A DNA stretch of 64,000 nucleotides from Tubulanus polymorphus (taxonomy: Eukaryota > Animalia > Nemertea). The position numbers and the translations under genes are program-made. A model generated the notes under the pieces. That model worked only from the letters and a program-made list of their open reading frames with translations. It was not told the DNA's origin and ran no database searches. The first letter of the stretch is position 1; the number at the start of each line of letters is the position of its first letter. The stretch is from assembly GCF_964204645.1 (NCBI RefSeq), contig NC_134033.1, forward strand, positions 5,604,231 to 5,668,230. Direction: 5' to 3'. Positions 27,001 through 39,000 of the stretch are shown one piece after another.

Positions 27001-30000
27001 ATTGAATAAAAATTTAAAAAGATTAACAAGACAGTTGATTTAGTGTATTTTTAGTCAATTCTAGTTAAATTCTAGTTGAAGTATTTCAATTTTACACAAT
27101 AAATGAGATTTTTTTAAAATTCTTTACTTTAATTTGTTATTTAATCATTCCAATTTATGCCCAATTTTATGATTTCTAAATCCTTTTTCCGTCTTGTATT
27201 TTTTACTACAAATTTCGCATCTTTTAATATTATTCATTCTATCTGAAATGTAATTGATATTATTTTTCAATTCAATATATTTTATTTCAAAATCATCATA
27301 AAAATGAAACAATTGTTTCAAACCATAAACTGAAAATGAAAGTAACCCTGAAATCATCATAATTAATTTCATTTCTTCTTGATTTCTGTAAATAAGATTT
27401 AACAAATTTAATATATTTTCACTCATTTAATTAGAAAAAGATTTTAATAGATTAATTCACTATTTAATCTGATTCAACAACTTTCTTGTGATTGTTACCG
27501 TTTTTATGATTATTTCCATTTTTAGTATTTAACTTCTTTAATTTCTTGCTTAATTTATTATTTTCATTTATTAAATCTTTTGAAATATTTTCATAATAAA
27601 AGTAAAGCGCAGCTAAAATTAAATTCCAGCAACTAAATAATGTTTTAAATCACTTTTCCCAGTTGGAATGAAACCATCCATTTATTTAAGAAAGAAATCA
27701 GAAAATTAATAAACATTTGCTTGTTTTTAATTAAATATCTTATAATCATTTTTAAAATATTAAACTTTTAAATGATTAAATCAAATAACAATTAAATTTA
27801 CAGCTAAACAATTTATCATTTCAACTGTCAAACAATTTATCATTTCAACTGTCGAACAATTTATCATTTCAGCTGTCTTATCATTTCAACAGTCGAATAA
27901 TTTATCATTTCAACTGTCAAACAATTTATCATTTCAACTGTCAAACAATTTATCATTTCAACTGTCAAATAATTTATCATTTCAACTGTCAAACAATTTA
28001 TCATTTCAACTGTCAAACAATTTATCATTTCAACTGTCAAATAATTTATCATTTCAACTGTCAAACAATTAATCATTTCAACTGTCAAACAATTTATCAT
28101 TTCAACGGTCAAATCATTTCAACAGTCGAACAATTTATCATTTCAACTGTCGAACAATTTATCATGTCAACAGTCAAACAATTTATCATTTCAACTGCCA
28201 AACAATTTATCATTTCAACTGTCAAACAATTTATCATTTCAACTGTCAAACAATTTATCATTTCAACAGTCGAACAATTTATCATTTCAACTGTCAAACA
28301 ATTTATCATTTCAACTGCCGAACAATTTATCATTTCAACAGTCGAACAATTTATCGTTTCAACTGTCAAACAATTTATCATTTCAACTGTCAAACAATGT
28401 ATCATTTCAACTCTCAAACAATTTATCATTTCAACTGTCTTATCATTTCAACAGTCGAACAATTTATTATTTCAACTGTCAAACAATTTATCATTTCAAC
28501 AGTCGAACAATTTATCATTTCAACTGTTAAACAATTTATCATTTCAACTGTCGAACAATTTATCATGTCAACAGTCAAACAATTTATCATTTCAACTGCC
28601 AAACAATTTATCATTTCAACTGTCAAACAATTTATCATTTCAACTGTCAAACAATTTATCATTTCAACAGTCGGACAATTTATCATTTCAACTGTCAAAC
28701 AATTTATCATTTCAACTGCCGAACAATTTATCATTTCAACAGTCGAACAATTTATCGTTTCAACTGTCAAACAATTTATCATTTCAACTGTCAAACAATT
28801 TATCATTTCAACTCTCAAACAATTTATCATTTCAACTGTCTTATCATTTCAACAGTCGAACAATTTATTATTTCAACTGTCAAACAATTTATCATTTCAA
28901 CAGTCGAACAATTTATTATTTCAACTGTCAAACAATTTATCATTTCAACAGTCGAACAATTTATCATTTCAACTGTCAAACAATTTATCATTTCAACTGT
29001 CAAATCATTTCAACAGTCGAACAATTTATCATTTCAGCTGTCAAACAATTTATCATTTCAACAGTCGAACAATTTATCATTTTAACAGTCTATTAGATAT
29101 TTAACCGACTATTCATAGCTATATGTGACGCAAGCATCGACGTAGGTCTGGTAATAGCAACACTGGCGATTAACTCAGCTTCTGTACATTATCTAAACTG
29201 CTAAATTACCACACAACATCTCCTTGTTAAGTCTCACTTGTCTCTGACTAAATGTAATCTCAATTCGGTAAAATTGTGTGAGTGACTTGACATTATGACT
29301 TTCTCCTACGGCAGGGATTCGAACCTGGACGCATCGCTTGACTAGAGTAATTGGGAAAGTAGGCTTTCATACCAGAGGTCGAGCGGTCGAGACACCACTC
29401 ATCACCACAAGTAATTTTTTTCCCTAATAAATGGGAGATATGAAAGCATTCTTAGCAACAATGAATAACAGAATAAAACCAGCAAAAAAACAATTTGAAA
29501 TAAAAAAGTTAATTGATGTTACAAAAGAAATTGAACATAAAATATTGAAATTAGAAAAGATAAAAACTAAATATGGAGAGAAAGTATCAGCGAATTAAGA
29601 AATAAAAATAAGTTTAGAAAAATTGAATTTTTTTTGCTTTTTTCCAAAAATAAACATACTTTTTAATATAAAAGCGCTAATAAAATGATCAAATTGTTCA
29701 ATATTAAAAGTGTGAGTAAAGTGTGAGTAAAATAAGTTAGATTTTCAATGTTAAAAGTGTGAGTAAAGTGTGAGTAAAATAAGTTAGATTTTCAATGTTA
29801 AAAGTGTGAGTAAAGTGTGAGTAAAATAAGTTAGATTTTCAACGTTTAAAGTGTGAGTAAAATAATTTAGATTTTCAATGTTAAAAGTGTGAGTAAAGTG
29901 TGAGTAAAATAAGTTAGATTTTCAACGTTAAAAGTGTGAGTAAAGTGTGAGTAAAATAAGTTAGATTTTCAATAATAAAAGTGTGAGTAAAGTGTGAGTA

Positions 30001-33000
30001 ATAATTTTGCTATATAAATGAAAGAAGAAATGGAATTTAAAATTGAAATAAAAGAATTGAATGAATTATTTTCACTATTTAACATTAAAAATTGTATCTC
30101 AGCAAACAATTTAGTATATGGAAGACAATTTAAAATTAATAATATTACTGTAATTAATCAAATAGTATTAAATGAAACATATTTAATAACTGAACTAATA
30201 GATACTTTAGATAATGGCGCCAAAAATCCTAAAATATTCAATACAGTTTCAAATTATAAAGGTAATTTAGATGAAAACATAATAAATATTCTTAAATTTC
30301 CTTTTAATGAAAGAGAAAGTGATATAATACTTTCAAAAGGTAATGATAGGATAGACTTAAGAATTGAAAAACGACAATTATAGTATTGTAATTTTGATAA
30401 CAAACAAATTATTTATAATGAAAATACATCAAATATTGAAATTCAATGTGATTTAGAAATCAATAATTCTTTTAAAGATATTGCAATTCAGTGTGATTTA
30501 GAAAATAGTAAATCTTTTAAAGATATCGAAATTCAATGTGATTTAGAAAATGAATTCAAAAGATTTAATCCTAATTAAAAAATTCATTGTTATTGCGGAG
30601 GTAAATATTCAAAATCACATAAATCAAAGCATTACCAAACAATTAAACATAAAAACTGGTGTAAAGAGTAACAATTCTACATTGATAATAAATTAAATAG
30701 TCAAATAATTATTGAATTTAGTTAAATGATTTAATGAACATGAGCTCTGGCAATTGCAAAAGTATTATTTGAAATATTGTGACGTATGTGTAGGTACGTA
30801 AACATTCCATACATGCATCGGTGAAATATCGTGACGTATGCATACGGATTGTTGTGTTAAACATTGAACATCAGGTTGGGGAACCAGTAACCAGAAGATC
30901 CGACACCAATACACGGGTGAACAATAACCGCAACTCTGAGGGAGATATCAACCCACGTAACATTTAGTGGAACATTATACTGATACAACAATTGGTGGAC
31001 ATTTATCCACAACAACAGAGGGTCGTCATTAGTAACTCCGCATATAAACATAATTTTGCTGATTCGGTTAAGTTACCTTGATTGATAAGGTCATCCTTTT
31101 ATATGCTTTTTGTGATTACTCGATGAGAATGAGTCATCAAGCGTGAAAAGGTTGTAATTATAGATACTAATCATAATTTTACTGAATCGATTAAGTGATA
31201 TTGTTTTCTAGGTTCCGGAGTGACGGTCGAGGTTCGATACAGCGATGTTATGAAGCGTCAATATTTGAACGTATTCCTAACATTAACGACCGGTTTCATA
31301 TCGAATACGGCCGGACTTTGCGGTTTCTTAGACGGTGATCCTACCAACGATTTCCAAGCACCGGACGGCGCTATACTCACAGATGCGGTCAAATTCGCCG
31401 AATCCTGTGAGTAGTAAAACACTGCTTCAGAGATTCTTGTTCTTAATCCTTTGACCCCTGCGAAACCGGTGACCAAAATTCCGATTTATATGTAAAAAAA
31501 TCTCGAACAAAACGTCTAAATTAAAATGGAATTTTTGATGATTTTTGACGATTTTTCCAGGGAAAATAATTAACTCGCATTCGAGCGGAGGCATGTTCGA
31601 TTCTTGGAAATGGGACGCGTCGAACTTCCATAAAGACGACGTCATGGACAAGAACTATAACGACCCGACTTTCAAACCGAATTACGTATCGCCGGCGCTA
31701 GACCCGGTTGCACTAGCTGTGAGTTCAAATTATACTTATCATTCTACGAACCAGTGTTGTACAGGACCGAGGCAAAGTATGTTCTGTTGTTATGGGTCGG
31801 TTTGTTACCCGGTGTTTGCATATTACGGTACAGGGCTCAGCAGGCCTAAATTTTAAGGGTTTTGTGAGTTCGAATGTTAATCGATGAGATAATTGCAAGG
31901 TCAAAAAGGGGAGGGTACGTCTTCCTGTGCAACCATATCGATTCCCCACTGGATTTTCGGTAATTCTATTTCATCATTGACATTATAGAAAATAAAAGAG
32001 GTGTGCGGAGCGAACGGAGCCACTGGTAATCTATTACAGAGCTGTATATTCGATGTCGCCGTTACGAAGGATACATCGTTTGCCAATCAGAATGTGATAA
32101 CTACAGCAGGTAAATCAATAGTCCAACAACATCCACATAACTCTCAATATCTGACTCTATCAGATCCATCGACCAGATACGCATTGTTCATCTATCTAAG
32201 ATCCACAATCGCGGGTTTCGTTCAACAATCAGTCAAAATCAGTTCATTTTCAGTCATATCTTTCCCCAGTTTTCTGGTGGAACTAGACACAATATTTAAC
32301 GATTACTCTTATAACTTTCAATGTCTGACTCGATTACAGAATATTTAGCTTAAATCATGAATGTTATAGTTCATCTATTCGAAAAAGTGCAAGATCTTGT
32401 TTAAAAAAACAAGCTGTGCTGTTGTGTGAGTTTTGCAATAAGTGAAAATCAGTTCATTTTCAACCCGTCCCCAGAATTGTAGACCTGGATCCAATACTAA
32501 TCGACGATGCAAAAAAGCACATTTTCGAATATACAATACCATATGGCGATTAATGACGACAAATAACATCAAGTCCGATAGTGTTTTCTTGAACTAGTAG
32601 ATCATTTAAAGTTTTGACTGTCCAATAGTCGTCTTCGGGAATACTGTATTCCCGCTGATGACTACGATATAAGTAAAAAAGTTGACGAATCACTTCAGAA
32701 ATGTTCAGGTAACGCTTTTGCGCACAGAGTAGACGTTGTTGTCATATCTCGGAATGACGGAATCACGGATTTACATATTCAAAAAAACAGAATCTCTTCG
32801 ATTTCACTATAAATAATAATACCCGGTGTCGGACAAGGCTCCGGACCTATCAATGCACTGAGTTAGCTTCGAATCACACTGTAAGCACGCAATTTTATCT
32901 GACATTGTTCTATGACACCAGTGATACCAGCTGCAGCAACAGTCAGAATGTAGTCGGAAAAAGAGATTGGCACCAGGGCAATAATCGGTTATCGAAAGTA

Positions 33001-36000
33001 ATCGACTTTTGCGATCTTAGTAGATTTGAGCACGGTCGCTCGAGGTTGGGCCGTAGTTTCAGATAGCTGCAAACGTGAAATGTTTTACAACCAAACATGT
33101 ACCGCGGTTCCTTAAGAATTATTTTGATAGAAACTGCCGTCTAGTACCGATAGTACACAGAGAAGCAACGAAGTAACAGCTTTCTCTTCACAAATAACTG
33201 AGTTAAAAAAAGATACCATCTTATATATAATCTTTAATATCATTCAAGAACTTTTATTAACTCTTCTCGATACCTACACCACAATCGCATTAATCACAAT
33301 TTAGAGGCACGAGCGGCATTAAAAATCCAAAGCCAGAATATGCATAATGTGTGTCCGTTTTCCTCTGACATCGTTCATTTTGGGATATTTCTCTTGACCG
33401 TATAAAAACATACCTCAGTTTGGTTATAATACGACCAGTGGAAGAGTGCAGTCAAAATAAATCATAAATCATCAAACAGTCATCGTTTTTATATCCATTT
33501 TACAATGCAACATTTATTAAATTAGTTAAAGGTTTATCAGTTGTAAGATACGCAGAACACGTAGATGCGGTCTCAATGTTGATAGATTAATTGCCTACGT
33601 AGGTTCTCCATTTTCTCGTTTGGAAGTATCGTTAATTTGTTGAGTGACGATAGTAATAGATTACCACATAGACTTACCAGGTACCGCAATGAAATCATGC
33701 GTCCGGCGCCTTGTCTAACAAAGGGTATCCCGTGGAAAAACCCGGTTACTAGAGTGAAAATGAAGAAATTCCGTGTTTTTTTTTGAAAATTCCGCGATAT
33801 GACAACACCGCATAGTAGAAGCTGTATTATCAACTGGCCGAGTTCTATCGGTAAATTGATTAGCACGCTTGCTTTCGCGTATGAGACCCGGACTCACCCC
33901 CGGTGAGTGCGCGTAATTCCAATGACAGTTCCCTCAATCATTAAAACGTTAATTCTATTTCAAAATAGAAACCAGGTCTAAGCATTAGCTAATTCTTCTA
34001 AACTGGTTCTCAAATTAGGGCCTGTTCATCTGAACTTTGAATTAATCCGCTAAATTGGTACTAGTCCACGAGAGTATATAGCCTTGGTTCTTCTGAACTG
34101 GGCCCTTTTCACCTCAACTGGGCTGTAGTCTACTAAACTGGGTATTTGTTCTATTTAACTGGCCTGGGCTTTGGTCCAAACTCTAAACTGAGAAATTCAC
34201 CTGAATTAGGCCCCAGTTCCCTTAAGCGGGCCCTGTTCGCCAAGACTGGTCCCAGTTCTTCTTAACTGGACCATGGTCTTCGAACTGTGACTGAGTTCTC
34301 TAATAACTTTCAATGTCTGACTCGATTACAGAATATTTAGCTTAAATCATGAATGTTATAGTTCATCTATTCGAAAAAGTGCAAGATCTTGTTTAAAAAA
34401 ACAAGCTGTGCTGTTGTGTGAGTTTTGCAATAAGTGAAAATCAGTTCATTTTCAACCCGTCCCCAGAATTGTAGACCTGGATCCAATACTAATCGACGAT
34501 GCAAAAAAGCACATTTTCGAATATACAATACCATATGGCGATTAATGACGACAAATAACATCAAGTCCGATAGTGTTTTCTTGAACTAGTAGATCATTTA
34601 AAGTTTTGACTGTCCAATAGTCGTCTTCGGGAATACTGTATTCCCGCTGATGACTACGATATAAGTAAAAAAGTTGACGAAAAACTACTACCTCAAGGAA
34701 ACTGTAATATTTTTTGTTAATTTTCATATTCGCTCATCGTCACCACACGGACATAGTGTTTTATCAATTGTCACCACAGATTAAATATTTGACTTTTTTT
34801 TATTTAGCGTGTCAAGTGTCTTGTTCCGGTCACGGTCAGTGTAATAATGGGACATGCGTCTGTGATACTGGTTGGGACGGAACTGACTGTTCTATAGGTG
34901 AGTATAACGCACAAAATATTAACTTGTTTTTCAATCGGCCAGGTAATCTTCTGAACTGCAATAAACATTTAAATTCAGTTCATTTCTATAATCTGTTATG
35001 GTCAGTTTAATCATTATCTAAAAAAAAGAAATGTACAGGGTTGATAGGCAGCCGGCCGAGTCAACTTTTAAGCTAGGCAAACTAAAATGGAAAACAAAAG
35101 GTATCAATTTTAGCCCCAAAGTCGTGAGTAAGAGTTTAAACACTGAATGAAAAAATAGTTGATTTTCAAGTAAATTCTAAGTCAAATCTTAACTCACAAC
35201 TGTGAAACTGGGTCTAGGAAAACAAAATGTAAAACATTTTTTAATAATCACTTCAGCTCCACCGAGTTGGATGACTTGAATCTAAGACCAGTCTTATCTC
35301 AAGAACTGAGCCTTGCGCTATCTGAATGCAATTTTATTGTCATTATTGTAAGAACTCAACGAATCGAGTCTCGGGTTTAAGACTATTTCAGGTGGTTTAG
35401 GATTACGATTACGTTTCTAGAAAAATGCTTTCACATAATGAAATAGAATTGTTTACCGATGTATATATGCCTCCGTTCGTCGCAAGACCTATGAATATAC
35501 TATCCCAATGCTGCAAGCAAATTGAACATTGATAAGTGGAGGGTTGGAGTAGGAAAACCTAGAGATACTGAACAATTCGAGGTATATGGCTTCATAGCAA
35601 TCGAACTGATTTTACACGCTATCTATATCGTAGGAATTTGCAGTAACTGTTCCGAACACGGAGTTTGTAAATCGAGTGGTTTTTGTGAATGCGACGTAGG
35701 TTGGGATGGAACGACTTGTAACATTAAAGGTACGGTTACAAACATACATGTGTTAATATCGAAACACGCATATGTCAATCTTCTAACACGCACATGTCAA
35801 TCTGCAATGATGCGCATGCCATTTATCCAAACATGCACACGTGAATTATCCAAACATGCACATGCCAACTATCCAAACAAGCGCATGAAAACTATCCAAA
35901 CATGACCATGTGAATTATCGAAGCATGAACATAACAATAATCCAAATATGAACATGTGAATTATTAAAAAATGCACATGACAATTATACAAACATGCTCA

Positions 36001-39000
36001 TGTCAACAATCCAAATCATGTGATTTATTCAAACATACATCAATCTGCAGTTACGCATATGTTTATTACTAGACATGGGCATGTTTATTTATTTCCAAAC
36101 ATGAGCTTGTCAATGTGAATGTCCCCTAAATGTACATGTCAATCTTCTGATTCAGACATGCATGCGTTAATCTGCATTGATATGCAAGTCAATCTGGAAA
36201 AATGCACATTTCAATTTCCAAACATGCACATGTCAAACATTTACGTGTTTCATAATCTCTAAACGTGCACATGTAAATGTGATATGTAGTGTTGTTTTTT
36301 TTTTCAGCGATATGTCTGGCAGTGAACAACTGTTCCAGTAACGGAGTTTGTAAAGCGATCGATACTTGTCTATGCAATAAAGGATTTTCCGGTATGTTTT
36401 ACACCGAGCTACTTGCATGCACCGCCAGATGGCGTGACTCTACCGTTAACTCATTTTCTATGACCTTTGATCTTGTAATTTATACGGCTTACAATTCCAA
36501 ATGTTATGAACCTAGTAACCAGAAAGATATGACATATCTACTCTGAACGTTTGGTTTAGTTTTCATTCATAATTCATTTAATCAAAAAAGAAAAAAGTGA
36601 ATTCGATTTTGGTTGTAATATATAAGAAATTGATGTACGAAAAACTACTGGCGACACCTGGTGGATCCTCGCTCGCAGCAATAGCGTTGTAGGTTCCCTG
36701 TTGGAATGTGAACGTTGTAAAGGACAATCGTATGACATATAACGATATTCGTGCAACAAAAACCCAATATCGTTAAACTAATTTCTGGTGTTAGTAGACA
36801 GTTCAATCTTAATCAAGGCTGCTCGGGTGAATTCCTGAACGCATGTAAGATGTAGATGATCAGTTTTTTGGAAAGTGTGCTGAAAGATTTTTTTCACATT
36901 TTGGTGTCCATTTACATCACTAACTGTGAAAGAAATTAAATTTTCTGATTATCATCAAAACAGGTGCTGACTGTAGCGTAGCGGTCACTTGCAGAAATGT
37001 ATCGTTCTGTTCGGGTCACGGAGATTGCGTCGATTTCGACGTCTGCCGCTGTTTCACCGGTTGGACGGGATCTAACTGCATGAAGCCTACCTGTGAAAAA
37101 ATGAACTATTGTTCCGGTAGGTTCAATTCAATATCTCAGTGATATGATGTCATATTGGGATTGGTGGAGGCGTGCTTATAGATAGTCGAATTGCTAGGCT
37201 TTGCTAATGTCAAACGGTGATTTAATGCGGGTTGCCATCTCTCTGAAAAGGTCAATTTGGATCTAATTTTTTTGTTATCAAATTTGATGATATCATTTGG
37301 GGATTCTATGAAGTTGTCTTTTCTGTCCATAATGACAGATCAGTGCCCAGTTTCATAGTTTTGGCTTCAACTAAGGACTAATTAAAGGCCATCTAGTTCT
37401 CTAAAAATCTAACAACTTAAAATCGGTCCTAAGATTTTCAGACCCTTTTCAGACCCCCGATTCGGTTATACTATAGTGGATTCGTGGGGCATCCATCTTA
37501 TCTGGCTAAGGCTTGAAAATTTGACGATGGCATAGACACAGACGAGATGGTCATCTCTTGCAGGCTTTATAAAACAATAAAAGCAAATTATTGATCACAT
37601 GTTGGGTTTATGAAGAGTTCTGGAAATGAATATGATGATGTCATGACGGGATTACGAGTCTTTTTCGTAAGGTTTATCAGTAATGATGTCGAAGTTGGAT
37701 GATTTGTTTTCTCGAACAATGTCCCTGATAGTATTTCCACGATAACATTGCGTTGAACAGTAATCCGCGTCGGTCCGATCCGAATTGAGCAAAGTCTACT
37801 GTAAGAGCCCAAGTAAGAGCTATATCAATTACTAGAGAAGTTGATGATGTCATGGGGTGATTCGATGAAGAGCGTCATGTTGCGCTACGTTAGTGTTGAT
37901 GGTAATTAGAAATGATTGGTTATTTGCAGGTCGGGGTGTGTGTATCGGTTTCGACGTGTGTCAGTGCAATCCTGATTGGACGGGTACGGCGTGCTCCGCG
38001 CCGGACTGCTCCGCTCTCAACGACTGCTCCCAACACGGGTCGTGCAACACGCCGAACAACTGTACCTGCGACGACGGCTATACCTCGCTCGACTGCAGCC
38101 AGATGGCGCTATGTCCGAACAATAACGACTGCTTTAAACGCGGTATCTGTTTGAAGAACGTAACGACCTCCGAATCCAGCTGCAGGTGCGCACGAAAAAA
38201 AACAACAAACGATTCATTTGTTTATAACGTACGCATACGTAGTGGTTTTGTACAGTTCGGGATTACAGGGAAATGGAGGGAATTAATTTTCGCTCCAAAA
38301 AATAATTTGCTTGAAAAAAGCTTTAACAAGTTCGCAAAAATTTATTGAGTCGAACAAACAGTTCTTGGTGTAATGTTTGACGCTGATTTCGGCTTTTTAA
38401 ATCGATTTTATTCTTAGCACACCAAGACAGGGACAACAACATGTCAGAGAATAGTCAGAGGTGGTCAATTAAGTGGCCTCACTTTTAGTGCGAATGCCCA
38501 CAACGATGGAATCAATTCTTAGTTTATTTTCAATTTAACTACAATTTTTGATTTTAAATTACTCTAGTTTTTGTTGAAATCTACAACATGATACTAACAA
38601 TGAACTTTTAATCGTCACAATGTCAAATATCCACTGGTTAACCCTAATCAACTGTTGAAAAGACAGGGATTGGATGATTTATATTTTATGCGTACCTTCT
38701 AAACGAATGATCCCAAAAATGGCGAACAGTTTTCCAGAAAGTCTCGCATCCACCTTTAATTCTGTGGATATTTTCCTCTTACAGCTGTTACTCCGGTTAC
38801 TACGGGACGCGGTGTGAGTTCGCGCGTTGCGATGAAGTTCAGAACTGTTCCGGTCACGGTCGATGTAAAGAACCGAATCTGTGCGAATGTTTCGTCGGTT
38901 ATAACGGAACGAAGTGCGACGGCTTCAGCTGCGATTCACTTCAGAAATGTTCAGGTAACGCTTTTGCGCACAGAGTAGACGTTGTTGTCATATCTCGGAA

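Larger units (their letters stand above)
25770..30740. mobile_element. AT-rich, virus-like (Polinton/large DNA virus-like) rearranged insertion in a VWD intron
   Basis: Abrupt extreme AT richness; compact intronless ORFs starting at TAAATG; zinc-finger motifs; internal direct duplication, palindrome and tandem repeats. No hallmark viral gene seen. Confidence 0.5.

Noticed and set aside
27864-29104. MINCLTVE / QFIISTVK repeat proteins
   Set aside because: Direct translation of a 24-bp tandem repeat that is open in several frames on both strands.
25658-30818. TACATGCAT as a 9-bp TSD of the AT-rich island
   Set aside because: The right copy lies within a local ACGTATG/ATGCAT-rich repeat and no terminal inverted repeats adjoin it; it may be chance.
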